Shown here in pieces: positions 11,001-22,191 of a stretch of 64,000 nt of DNA. The position numbers were made by a program, and so were the translations under genes. The DNA comes from Macrostomum hystrix (taxonomy: Eukaryota; Animalia; Platyhelminthes), in the NCBI GenBank assembly GCA_950097015.1, contig CATNEN010000012.1, forward strand, positions 1,984,001 through 2,048,000, in the 5' to 3' direction. The stretch's first letter is position 1. Every line of letters starts with the position of its first letter. The notes under the pieces are model-generated. The model had not been told where the DNA came from and ran no database searches. It saw only the letters and a list, made by a program, of their open reading frames with translations.

Positions 11001-13416
11001 GTCCTGCCCGGGCCACTTAGACACGCGGAGGCACTCAAACTGTGGGTGAGGAGAAGGGAAGGAAGAAGAAGGAATCGAAGAGCTCGATCGTGTCACGCAC
11101 TTCTCGAGTTTTGAAGCCAGGGCAGGTAAGGTTAGGCTGGAAGATGTGATTAGACTAGTATTCGTTTGGGAAAACTTCTGTTTCAATAAGGTAGAAGTTT
11201 TTTCTTGTAATTTTCCGTTGGCTACCTTATATACGCTCGCAGGTGGCTTCAATTTACGAACTTATTAATGACGGGCCTAAAAGTGATGACTATTTTTTAT
11301 GCATCAATTGCAGGATGACCTGCAGTTAGCAACAACAATCAAATTTTTGCAGGTACTAAATTTAGGCAACAATTATAACTAACTGTTGTGCCGCACCGTT
11401 TGCACTGTTATCTGAAATATTTGCAACTTATTCTTTGTGCTAACTACATCACATTGTTTGGATTGTTTACAACTAGTTGCGAACGTACTGTTTTAATAAA
11501 AAAAAGTTGTTAAATTCAGGAGGACCAAATATATAATAGTTTTTTTAACTTAGATGGTCAGAGAGTGAGTTAGTTGGGACTAAGAAGGGTCTGGGAGTGA
11601 GGTGGGTATTAAGAGGGCCAGGGAGTGAGGTGGGGTTAAGAGGGCCAGGGAGTGAGGTGGGACTAAGAGGGCCAGGGAGTGAGGTGGATCTAAGAGGGCC
11701 AGGGAGTGAGGTGGGACTAAGAGGGCCAGGGAGTGAGGTGGGGTTAAGAGGGCCAGGAAGTGAGGTGGGGTTAAGAGGGCCAGGGAGTGAGGTGGGGTTA
11801 AGAGGGCCAGGGAGTGAGGTGGGGTTAAGAGGGCCAGGGAGTGAGGTGGAACTAAGAGGGCCAGGTAGTGATGTGGGGCTAAGAAAGGCAGAATGAGGTG
11901 AGGGCAAAGTGAGGGCTATAAGGGACAGGGTGTTAGAGGTGTTGAATGAAACTGCTTGCTAGGAGGGATTTAGCCGCAAAATAATATTTTTTTCAACGAA
12001 CCCACGAATTTCATAAAAAGCGCCAATAACTCATTAATTTTAATCTGCAGTTAGAAGTTCCCAAACACTGTGTCAATTTTGCACCTTGACAGTAAACAGC
12101 ACCAGCACTCCTTCACCCACTTTAATGCTACTAGCGTATACATGCTACATGACAACATGAAGAGTGAAACAAAGACTGATGCTGTAAGAACAGAACATGG
12201 GATTCGCCGTCGCATCAGTATTGGCAAGTATTGAATACTGGACTAAGAAAGTGCTTGACATAAAATTCAAACCATTTCCCAGACTCCCGTTTGGAACTGG
12301 AGCTTCGAAGATGATGCCGCAGCCACAGTCGATGCCGCTGCAGATAGTTACCATGGCAACCAACAGCTGTCGACTGCAGCACCCACCGTTAGCAGTCAGA
12401 GAAGCGTCGCCATAGCGAGCAACGATGCTGACGCTATCGAGGAAGCCGACGCGGCATTTAACAACGATCGTCCGCCGTTGTCTCCTTCGGCAGTGTGCCG
12501 GCAGCGCCGGAGCCAGTTCCAGCGACAGAGGAGCGAAGTCGGCGACTGTGGGGGCACCGACCAGAGCGATCTCAGGCAGAAAATTCGCGACGCGATCAAC
12601 GGAGTTCGGTTCATTGCGGCTAATTTGAAGAAGGACGACGAAAACCAGAGTGTGAGAGCTCCTTCTGGACAGTCACCTGTTATGCACAGGACTCACCTGT
12701 TATGCATAGGACTCACCTGTTACCTGCTTTGCTCGGGACTCACCTGTTATGCATAGGACTCACCTGTTATGCATAGGACTCACCTGTTACCTGTTATGCT
12801 CGGGACTCACCTGTTATGCACAGGACTCACCTGTAATGCCTGGGAGTCACCTGTTATACATTGGACTCACCTGTTATGCACAGGGCTCACCTTTTATGCA
12901 TAGGACTCACCTGTTATCCTCGGGACTGACCTGTTATGCACAAGACTCACCCGTCATGCATAGGACTCACCTGTTATCCTCGGGACTGACCTGTTATGCA
13001 CAAGACTCACCAGTCATGCATAGGACTCACCTGTTAGATATGGTAACCCCTGTTACGCACACTACCTGTTAGATAGGCCCGCTGGATCAAATCTAAAACT
13101 GCAGCGCCATTTTTATCCAGGTACGCGAGGACTGGAAATTTGTGGCCACAGTGCTGGACCGATTGTTCCTGTGGATATTCACGGCTGCTTGCATCATTGG
13201 TAAGCAAGCAACTCCCACAGCTTTGGTTAGGTGAAAAAACTATTACTTTCTCGTCCACACCTCTTCACCGCAGGCACTCTGGGTATAATTCTGCAATCGA
13301 ACGCTCTGTATGACGACCGGGTGGCTATAACATCGGCGAACGTACCCAGCCGCGTCAATCTCCGATTTGAAGACAAACAGACAGGGTTGAATGCGTCGTT
13401 CGTCATTAATATTTGA
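4976..13416 (+). CDS. Nicotinic acetylcholine receptor alpha subunit (Cys-loop cation channel), ~587 aa; join(4976-5063,5709-5863,7108-7152,7283-7392,7944-8125,8699-8875,9246-9661,12283-12651,13121-13199,13274-13416)
   Basis: All introns GT-AG and phase-consistent. Poly-Leu signal peptide, [15 protein letters not shown] (45-nt exon), [13 protein letters not shown], Cys loop [22 protein letters not shown], vicinal cysteines YYPCC, M1-M3 ([14 protein letters not shown]; [17 protein letters not shown]), MA helix and M4 ([18 protein letters not shown]). Start of the intracellular-loop exon (12283) is less certain. Confidence 0.95.
5341..5640. repeat. 34-bp minisatellite (AATTTTCTCTTAACCAGGGCTGTGCACCCACCCC)n, nAChR intron 1
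   Basis: Direct inspection. Confidence 0.95.
6600..6870. repeat. Diverged 33-34-bp minisatellite related to 5341-5640, nAChR intron 2
   Basis: AATTTTCTCTAACCCGCGGCTGT(G/A)CA units. Confidence 0.85.
7414..7900. repeat. 12-bp minisatellite (GAGCAGTAGAAT)n, nAChR intron 4
   Basis: Direct inspection. Confidence 0.95.
8142..8425 (+). mobile_element. SINE family B copy 1 (5'-truncated, ATT tail), nAChR intron
   Basis: ~250 bp alignable by eye with 21272-21585 (inverted); B-box-like GAGCTCGATTC; (ATT)n tail at 8400-8425. Confidence 0.7.
8955..9235. repeat. 27-bp minisatellite (TCAGATCCCAATCATCGATCCCTAATC)n, nAChR intron 6
   Basis: Direct inspection. Confidence 0.9.
9745..10730. repeat. 34-bp minisatellite (GAGAAAATGAGGTGGTGGGTGCGACACCAAAGGA)n, nAChR intron 7
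   Basis: Direct inspection. Confidence 0.95.
11314..11352 (+). CDS. Candidate 39-nt cassette micro-exon in the nAChR M3-M4 loop ([13 protein letters not shown])
   Basis: TTGCAG| acceptor, CAG|GTACTA donor, phase 0-0, no stop. Confidence 0.3.
11585..11905. repeat. 27-bp minisatellite (GAGTGAGGTGGGGTTAAGAGGGCCAGG)n
   Basis: Direct inspection. Confidence 0.95.
12055..12183 (+). CDS. Candidate 129-nt cassette exon in the nAChR M3-M4 loop ([12 protein letters not shown]...ETKTDA)
   Basis: TTAG| acceptor, |GTAAGA donor, phase 0-0, open, same frame as the exon at 12283. Confidence 0.3.
12670..13070. repeat. ~20-bp minisatellite (GGACTCACCTGTTATGCATA)n, nAChR intron 8
   Basis: Direct inspection. 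Confidence 0.9.
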
Positions 13417-14375
13417 ATTGACCAACATTTTTAAGCATATCCTGATCTAAGCCACTTATCGAAATATTCAAGCGATGTACATTAAGTTTAATTACGTGCA
13501 CTCGTACAAACACGTACATTCAATGTACATTCATTGGACGAGAACTGACAAACATCGTCAAGGGCGTCTACTAATGTACATACATAGACTCCCACCCCAC
13601 ATCCATTCGCAAAGTTAAAGAAGAGTTATTGTTGCGATAGAAAAAATTAGTAGCTTACAATTTAGTTTAATTAAATTAGAATTGTTAGGATTTTTAGCAG
13701 AAATACGAATACAGCTATAATTATTGACAAAAAAATAGCAATAAGTTTGCCTCAGAATGATTAGACTTTTTAATTTTATGCAACAAAGGTAAAAAATGGT
13801 TTACAACAGTCGTCAAATATTATTGCTATTGCTATTGAATATGCCATTCTTTAAAAATGGAAGCTTTGATATAACAAAACATCATTTTGTGACCCCAAAT
13901 ACAACGTCTAAAAATCGTTAGATTTTCTACTTTAAGCAAGGAATATAATCACAAAATAGACATTCGCGTACATGTAAAAATAGTTTTAAAAATTAGCTAA
14001 ATATGACATTGAATTAACTGTGTAGAGAAAATAAAATATCAAGATTCTCACTAAATAAACAAAGCAAAAAATTGCACCACGAATCAATCCAGATCTGTAT
14101 TTTTTGAGAATTCTAAGAAAGACGGCACAGGTATTGCTGACAACAAAGAGATGCAAGTACATTATAAAAGAAACTGACCAGGCTTCTCTCAACACGAACG
14201 GTATCACGCGGTGCCCGTGTGCATATGCTATTTTTAGCATTCAAGGCCAAAAGTAGTCACGTGCTATTTACGTGATAAGATAAGGCGAAATTACGCGACT
14301 TCACCCATAAAAAAACAACCGCATTATCAGTACAACTACTACCAAGGAAATGTGATTTTTTATGGATAATGCTAG

Positions 14376-14546
14376 ACCTTCAACAGGTGACAACCTGCTG
14401 ACGGTGCCGACGGCGTCGGGGTGGCGAATAATGTTTGACAGACTAAAGGAACATGTTTAGTTGATTTTTGCTCAATATAGAGGCTCGAAATAGGAGAAAT
14501 TCGCATCCGGGTGTCCACAGTCGGCCGGTGCCACCCTGTTGAAGGT
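14376..14546. mobile_element. MITE-like element with ~27-bp imperfect terminal inverted repeats
   Basis: ACCTTCAACAGG-TGACA at 14376 versus TGCCACCCTGTTGAAGGT ending 14546; second copy at 63303; no clear TSD. Confidence 0.55.
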
Positions 14547-14823
14547 TTCGGTGACCACCGTAGCCGGAGATGATGCAGGCACAATCGGGTGGCTTGCTAA
14601 AATAAAGTTTGAAGGCCTGGCGCAGTACTAAGTGCAGGGGTGTATTGGGTAAATATGACATGAAATACATTAGCGCTTATGGGAAAAATCACACCTTCGG
14701 CCAGAACCGCTGAATAAAATCGAACGCTTCTACTGTGAAATCATGCAATACTGCAAATTAAAAAGGCTACTAAAGCATAGCAACCACTGAAAGGTACAAA
14801 GATTCGTATCAAATAGAAAATAA

Positions 14824-16168
14824 TCAAGCAGTGCCCTGCAGTGACAGACTGGCCGTCGGACTAGCAGGCGGTAAACGCTTCTGCTTCAATAGTCGGCGAT
14901 TCTTAATAGCCCCCTGGCCGCGAGAGCCAATATAGAATAGGGCCGCCACAATGTAGGCCGCCACAATGAGCGGCAGGGGTTCGAGACTGGTGTCCTGCGG
15001 ATCGCATTTGTAGATCTCGCCCCAGGCCCTACGGGAGGCATTCAAAGCATCCATGGCGTCCATGCAGCGCTGCTGATTGCGGTCCAGGCCTTGGAAATGC
15101 TCGTTGAGCTGGCGATAGATGATGCGGCAATTGTAACAGACGGCCTGGGCGACGGACCCGTTGCCTGGCAGGGAGCCACCGGACGGATCGAAGTTGCTAT
15201 CCGGATTGCTGGGCAGAATTGACGACTGGGTGTAGTTGGCGAAGCAGGCCCGAAGGCTGTCAACGTGGCTGAGGAATTCGGCTACGTCGGCCTGGTAGGT
15301 CCAGGACCCGTTGCCGCCTGTTGTCAGGCAGTACTCGCAGCCGCTCTCCAACCAGAGGGAGTCGGCGAAGTCCCGAGTGCGAAGAAGAGTCTGGACAAGG
15401 GATAGTGGCGAAACCAGTTGATTGTGGGTGGGATTAAAGCAGAGAATGAGGGTGACATCGATGGGAAGAATGAGGGTGAGATGAGAGGGGAGAATGAGGA
15501 TGAGATGAGCGGGGGAGAATGAGGATGAGATGAGCGGGGAGATGAGGATGCGATGAGAGGGATATGAGGATGAGATGAGCTGGGAGAATGAGGATGAGAT
15601 GAGCGGAGCGGAGAGAATGAAGGTGAGATGAGCGGAGAGAATGAAGGTGAGGTGAGAGGAGAGAATAAGGATGAGATGAGAGGGGGAATAAGGGTGAGAT
15701 GAGAGGGGAGAATGTGGGTGAGATGAGCGGAGAGAATGAGGGAGATGAGCGGGAAGAATCAGGTGGAGATCGATGGGAAAATGAGGTTGATAAAACAAGG
15801 CAGGGCCGGACACCCACCTGCACGCTGTCGGACTGCAGCAGGTAGCCGGAGCACAGGTCGTAAGCCGCCAGCTCCTTCATCAGATTGCTCCAGGCTGTGT
15901 ATGCATCGGCACAGCGGTGGCACAGGGTGAACGGGCGGGCAGCCTCGGCAGCGCATTCAACCAGTGCGGCTGCTGACAGAGCAAGCTGGTGCTGGTAGTC
16001 CGAGCAGCTGGATATCAGAGACTGGGCTGCTGAACTGTCATCGGTCGACTGGGACTGCGCTGGCAGCAGCAGCAGCAGCAGCAGCAGCGGCCATGAAGAC
16101 CAATTATAGTTTAGATTGGTATGCTGAAGGAAGCAACACTTTTCATACAAAGATAACCAGCTTTTCAT
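14824..16168 (-). CDS. OSTM1: Osteopetrosis-associated transmembrane protein 1 homolog (ClC-7 beta subunit); join(16168-15818,15390-14824), ~305 aa
   Basis: Cys pattern ARPFTLCHRC, LCSGYLLQSDSVQ, W-LESGCEYC, CFANY, VCYNCRIIYRQL, CMDAMDALNASRRAWGEIYKC, C-terminal TM and RRLLKQKRL. Donor CAG|GTGGGT and acceptor CCCTTGTCCAG, phase 0. Start codon uncertain. Confidence 0.88.
15445..15790. repeat. GA-rich degenerate minisatellite filling the OSTM1 intron
   Basis: GAGATGAGCGG...GAGAATGAGGAT units. Confidence 0.85.
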
Positions 16169-16200
16169 TGAGATAAGACAATTAAATATAAAACAAGAAA

Positions 16201-18637
16201 GCTAACTGATCTAACCATGGGGATCTAACTGATCTAACCATGGGGATCTAACTGATCTATACATGGAAATCTAACTGAACTAACCATGGGGATCTAACTG
16301 ATCTAACCATGGGATTCTAACTGATCTATACATGGAAATCTAACTGATCTAACCATGGGAATCTAACTGATCTAACCATGGGATTCTAACTGAACTAACC
16401 ATGGGATTCTAACTGATCTAACCATGGGGATCAAACTGATCTAACCATGGGGATCAAACTGATCTAACCATGGGGATCTAACTGATCTATACATGGAAAT
16501 CTAACTGAACTAACCATGGGGATCTAACTGATCTATACATGGAAATATAACTGAACTAACCATGGGAATCTAACTGATCTAACCATGGGATTCTAACTGA
16601 ACTAACCATGGGGCGGATAGCTCAGTCAGTAAGGTGTCGGACTCTGGATCAGATGGTCCTGGGTTCGACTCCCGACCTAGTCTAGAACTATTCGTGCAGC
16701 CTTTGGCAAGCTGCTTTGCCCTGATGTGCACACAGTCTACTCAGCTGCAAATGAGTACCGATATTTCGTCGGGTAATAATAATTCCGGCTGGCGTGGAAT
16801 AAAGCAGTTCTGTGCGGCAATTCTGTGGGGTTTGGATGCTGCCGATATGTTTGGAAAAAAAAATTCAATTGCTGACACGCGGCTGTCAACCGGTGTCCGA
16901 GAGAGCCGGGGAGTACAATAGGTGTGCAGTCCCCACCTGCTAGTGTGCCTGACACACAACACCTGCACTGGCCCTTGGGTCTAGTGTCAATTATTATATT
17001 ATTATTATTAACCATGGGAATCTAACTGATCTAACCATGGGATTCTAACTGAACTAACCATGGGATTCTAACTGAACTAACCATAGGAATCTAACTGATC
17101 TAACCATGGGATTCTAACTGAACTAACCATGGGATTCTAACTGAACTAACCATGGGATTCTAACTGAACTAACCATGGGGATCTAACTGATCTAACCATG
17201 GGATTCTAACTGAACTAACCATGGGATTCTAACTGAACTAACCATGGGATTCTAACTGAACTAACCATGGGGATCTAACTGATCTTACCATGGGAATCTA
17301 ACTGATCTAACCATGGGATTCTAACTGAACTAACCATGGGAATCTAACTGATCTTACCATGGGAATCTAACTGATCTAACCATGGGATTCTAACTGAACT
17401 AACCATGGGATTCTAACTGAACTAACCATGGGGATCTAACTGATCTAACCATGGGGATCTAACTGAACTAACCATGGGGATCTAACTGATCTAACCATGG
17501 GAATCTAACTGATCTAACCATGGGATTCTAACTGATCTAACCATGGGATTCTAACTGAACTAACCATGGGATTCTAACTGAACTAACCATGGGAATCTAA
17601 CTGATCTAACCATGGGATTCTAACTGAACTAACCATGGGATTCTAACTGAACTAACCATGGGAATCTAACTGATCTAACCATGGGATTCTAACTGAACTA
17701 ACCATGGGAATCTAACTGATCTTACCATGGGAATCTAACTGATCTAACCATGGGGATCTAACTGATCTAACCATGGGGATCTAACTGATCTTACCATGGG
17801 GATCTAACTGAACTAACCATGGGGATCTAACTGATCTAACCATGGGGATCTAACTGATCTAACCATGGGATTCTAACTGAACTAACCATGGGATTCTAAC
17901 TGAACTAACCATGGGAATCTAACTGATCTAACCATGGGATTCTAACTGAACTAACCATGGGAATCTAACTGATCTTACCATGGGAATCTAACTGATCTAA
18001 CCATGGGGATCTAACTGATCTAACCATGGGGATCTAACTGATCTTACCATGGGGATCTAACTGAACTAACCATGGGGATCTAACTGATCTAACCATGGGG
18101 ATCTAACTGATCTAACCATGGGATTCTAACTGAACTAACCATGGGATTCTAACTGATCTAACCATGGGATTCTAACTGATCTAACCATGGGATTCTAACT
18201 GAACTAACCATGGGGATCTAACTGATCTAACCATGAGATTCTAACTGAACTAACCATGAGATTCTAACTGATCTAACCATGGGAATCTAACTGATCTAAC
18301 CATGGGGATCTAACTGATCTTACCATGGGGATCTAACTGATCTAACCATGGGGATCTAACTGATCTAACCATGGGGATCTAACTGAACTAACCATGGGAT
18401 TCTAACTGAACTAACCATGAGATTCTAACAGATCTAACCATGGGAATCTAACTGATCTAACCATGGGGATCTAACTGAACTAACCATGGGATTCTAACTG
18501 AACTAACCATGAGATTCTAACAGATCTAACCATGGGAATCTAACTGATCTAACCATGGGGATCTAACTGATCTTACCATGGGGATCTAACTGATCTAACC
18601 ATGGGGATCTAACTGATCTAACCATGGGAATCTAACT
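16201..18637. repeat. 23-bp satellite (CTAACTGATCTAACCATGGGATT)n, interrupted by a SINE
   Basis: Direct inspection. Confidence 0.95.
16611..17009 (+). mobile_element. tRNA-derived SINE (family A), full length, inserted in a 23-bp satellite
   Basis: A box TAGCTCAGTCAG (16618), B box GGGTTCGACTCC (16661), tRNA-Gln(CTG)-like loop, (ATT)n tail, flanking direct repeat TAACCATGGG (16603-16612 and 17009-17018). Confidence 0.85.
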
Positions 18638-18963
18638 GTTATAACTAACTCTAGTACGCCTAATATTTGAAATTAAACATAGGAAACCGCTGGAAATTGA
18701 ATTCGTCCTGATTTTCTATACTTTTCATGCATCAAAACTATCAAATTCTCAACCACAAGCAGCACCACAAAAGTGAGTTGATTTTTTCATATTGGCACTG
18801 ATTTAGCGCAGACTAGGGAAGCATTTTAAGGTACAGGTGTCGCCAAAATTGATAAATAATCCACAAAGTTTTACAGGCTGTTAAAGTAAAAAAAAAGTGT
18901 GACATTTTTACAAAATCGCATTATTCATTTGTTAGTCTACTGTTAAGACAAAACAATGCGACT

Positions 18964-19419
18964 CTAGCTGGGCGAATTGTCTGACAGTTGATCAGTTTCC
19001 ATCTCTATGGCGACTAAATTAGTTAAACACTCTCTGCTATTAACACAGTCGCCATTTGCAGATATTATACTAATACTACTGAAGCTAGTACTCGCAGTAG
19101 TAGCAGGCGACAGTCGAATCCGTTTTCCACCCGCTACACTGGCGTTACAATCCAACTCTGTGTTGAAATCGGCGGCATTTCGCTTACGCGACATGAGTTC
19201 TCGCTGCGACTGGCGCAACACGAGACCCATCCGGTTGGGCCTGTACACGCGCTGAGCCGGACGGCTGGGCGGCTGGCCTTCGTCTGTACCAACTTCTCCT
19301 TGCACTTTCTTGTCCTTCTTGTCGCCTTTCGCGTCGTCGTGTTTTTTTGTGGAAGTCTCCGCTGCGGCGTCTTCGTCCCAGCTGCCGCGGCCCCAGTCGT
19401 TGGCGGTGTCGCTTTTCAT
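18964..19419 (-). CDS. Orphan 151-aa charged/low-complexity protein with basic NLS-like motifs (RKR, KRIRLSP)
   Basis: GC-rich open frame; TTTAG acceptor directly abuts the ATG; upstream GTGAGC donor near 20030 and CCAAT cluster at 20220-20340. Confidence 0.65.
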   Translation of the reverse strand: MKSDTANDWGRGSWDEDAAAETSTKKHDDAKGDKKDKKVQGEVGTDEGQPPSRPAQRVYRPNRMGLVLRQSQRELMSRKRNAADFNTELDCNASVAGGKRIRLSPATTASTSFSSISIISANGDCVNSRECLTNLVAIEMETDQLSDNSPS

Positions 19420-19470
19420 CTAAATCTGATGGGCTAGAATTGAATTATGCGCTGGATTATGCTGCTGGAT

Positions 19471-19471
19471 G

Positions 19472-19505
<34 letters not shown>

Positions 19506-19627
19506 TTGACAGGCAGACAGGTTGACAGACAGGCAGATTGACAGACAGATTGACAGGCAGACAGGTTGACAGACAGGCAGATTGATAGACAGATTGACAG
19601 ACAGGCAGATTGACGGACAGACAGATT

Positions 19628-19681
<54 letters not shown>

Positions 19682-19815
19682 TTGACAGGCAGACAGATTG
19701 ACAGGCAGATTGACAGACAGATTGACAGGCAGACAGATTGACAGGCAGACAGGTTGACAGACAGGCAGATTGATAGACAGATTGACAGACAGGCAGATTG
19801 ACGGACAGACAGATT

Positions 19816-19882
<67 letters not shown>
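19471..19882. repeat. (GACA)n compound microsatellite
   Basis: Direct inspection. Confidence 0.95.
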
Positions 19883-19883
<1 letters not shown>

Positions 19884-20219
19884 CTTTATGATTATCAAAA
19901 TTTGTCAATATTCCAACTCTCATAAACAGTTCTAAAGCAAAGGTCAAAAAATTATTGGATGAAAATTCCATAATAAATCAATAGCAAACAATAACAGCAA
20001 AGCCAAAACAAATCGGTAGGATTCGCTCACATATACATATATATTTATCTTTTTATATGCAACTGCCTGAAAATGCCGGAAGCAAAATCCGTCAGCTTAA
20101 AGCGGATTACAAGAAAAGGGAAAAATATTTCGAATTCCAACTTTTAATAAATAACTACCCGCTTATTGGAACAACCCGAACCACCGATCGTCCATTTCTT
20201 TACGCACTCATAACCACCG

Positions 20220-20340
20220 CTGATTGGTCAGTTCTTTACACACCTATAGCTGCCAATGATTGGTCACTTACTTACACACCCATAACTGTCTTCGATTGGT
20301 CAGTCATTTATTAAAATTAAAATGACCGCTGATTGGTTAG
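20220..20340 (-). promoter_or_regulatory. Cluster of four phased CCAAT (NF-Y-type) boxes, overlapping the PDCD2L stop and poly(A) signal
   Basis: GATTGGT at 20222, 20258, 20294, 20331 (36-37 bp spacing); minus-strand AATAAA at 20307-20312. Confidence 0.55.
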
Positions 20341-22191
20341 ACCTTCAGAAGATCTTCAGCCAATCGGCAACGCGATCGAACCAAAACAGGCAGTTCCCGT
20401 TGGATAACGATGGTTTCCTCAACAAAACCTTCAGCTGGCTGACACGAGGCAGAACATGTGAATAGCAGCGCAGTGGCCACATCAATCTGATTGGCCAGAT
20501 CGGCATTCAACAGGTTCAGCAGGGCCGGCATTAGCTGGAGTTCAAAGCAGCGCGCCGAGCCGCAATTAGCGCACGGGTCAACAGTTGAAGCATCCAGCGG
20601 AACCACTAGCAATGGCCGGCCGGACCATTGGTAGCGCAGCAGTTGCGACGGGCAGCGAGACAGGCGGGCGTAGAATTTCTGCTCCAGCCGAGTCAACGGC
20701 TGGTTGATCTCGTCATCGCCATCGTCGATAGCGGCTTCGCCGGCTGAGTTAGTAGCTGCCCGTATCGACGCCAAATCGATTGGTGGCTCCGGGGCGGCGT
20801 CGCGTCCGTCAGGAAGCAGTTCGGATTCGTCGAATACTGCTAGACGGCGACACGGACCGGCAAGTAGGGGCAGGCTGGACTCGATAGCGAATGTTTCCTC
20901 TAGATCGGCCGCTAGCGCCAGTTCCGGTTCTACTTCCGGTTCCATTTCCGGTGGTTCGTCGGTGACTTCCAACGCATCGTTGGCGCTTTCTCCGTCTCCC
21001 CAATCGTCCGCATCGCCGCTGCCCCACTCGGCGTAGTCTATGGTCTTGGCTCCGGTCGCCGCTGCGGTTGTTGATGAAGGCGAAGCTGTAGACAATGATC
21101 TAAGATTTTTAAGCGAATTTACAGTGCTGATTAGCAATATTTAAATGGCAAAGATTCCATTAAAATTATGAATTCAGTTCAGTTTCAGACCAAGGTAAAG
21201 AATTAGTACCCCCTGTGTAAGGCACGTAATACATCACTGCTTCTTTGCACCCAGCTGTAAAACTGGCACCTGCATTAATAAAATTAATTTCAGGAGGGCT
21301 GCTGGCACTGTCCACCATTTGGTGACTTTTGAGTACATTCTGCCCTTTCCGCTCACTCATGAGCACACACGCACACAAATACCGTAAGCAGGCACACGCT
21401 CACACAGACGTGTACATCAGCCCGGACTTTCTCATCATCAGGCAGTGTACACTTCACTGTGCCTTGGAGGTTGGCCCTCAAGGGTGCAAATTGCACGACA
21501 AGCCCCCAAGTTCCAAGCTGTGGCTGCGCCCCAAATGAATGTGGCCTCGCCGCGGAATCGAGCTCAGGGACCTTGGTGCGAGAGAAAATCGACTGGATCG
21601 ATAATAGGAAGAAAAGTGATTGGATAAGAGCATATGTACATAAAAGAGGAGACTAAATATGAAAAACGGATTAAAGTAAAATAAAATATTAGATAGGATT
21701 AAAATACAAGATAAAAGATGAAATGAAATCAGATGTCAGAAGTTCTGAATACACGCTCGTATATTATTAGACGACAAGTCAGACAAAATTACAAAAAAAA
21801 ATTCTCAGGCGGTGCACAGCCTAACCTTGTCTGATTGTCAGCCGCAGCTGCAGCAGACTCGCACGCAAATTGGGCCCTCAGACAGCGCAGCGGCAGCTCT
21901 GGCGAGGCCAGGCAGTCGGCGCCGGTGCAGAGGAAAAAAGTACATCAGCCGGCAGGAGGCCAGGCCAAACAGGGGGCAGCTGAGCTGGAGCAGGTTTAAC
22001 ATCGGTCGGCCGCACTGCCTGCAGGCCGCTGTCGAATTTGGATCGAATTTCGGGGCCAGACACCTGGGCAAGCGCAGATGGCCACCGATGGTGTTCTCCA
22101 GGTAACTGGCTGATTGACTAATGGGGGAGTTGTCAATCACAGCCAGGTAAGGATTATCCGTGCACATCTGGTCTATGTTAGCCGTCGACAT
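20337..22191 (-). CDS. PDCD2L: Programmed cell death protein 2-like (Tsr4/PDCD2L family, uS5 chaperone); join(22191-21826,21099-20337) with one extra T at 21934-21939
   Basis: N-terminal IGG...C-x2-CG-x-P...LQLSCPL motif; C-terminal PDCD2_C-type KFYARLSRCPSQLLRYQWSGRPL, CANCGSARCFELQLMPALL, TALLFTCSASC. Donor AG|GTTAGG and acceptor CTTAG| match (phase 2) only after a +1 shift. Confidence 0.85.
21272..21585 (-). mobile_element. SINE family B copy 2, PDCD2L intron
   Basis: Shares CTGAGCTCGATTC, GGGGGCTTGTCGTGCAATTT, AGAAAGTCCGGGC, GGGCAGAAT with copy 1. Confidence 0.7.

Noticed and set aside
10830-11252. Possible LINE fragment (minus ORF) in a nAChR intron
   Set aside because: No recognisable reverse transcriptase or endonuclease motif; needs a repeat-library search
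16611-16680. tRNA-Gln gene
   Set aside because: Acceptor stem does not pair and it runs into a SINE body with tail and TSD
16201-18637. Telomere-like (GGTTAG/CTAACC) or branch-point (CTAAC) reading of the 23-bp satellite
   Set aside because: Only a single hexamer per unit, intergenic location, no supporting structure
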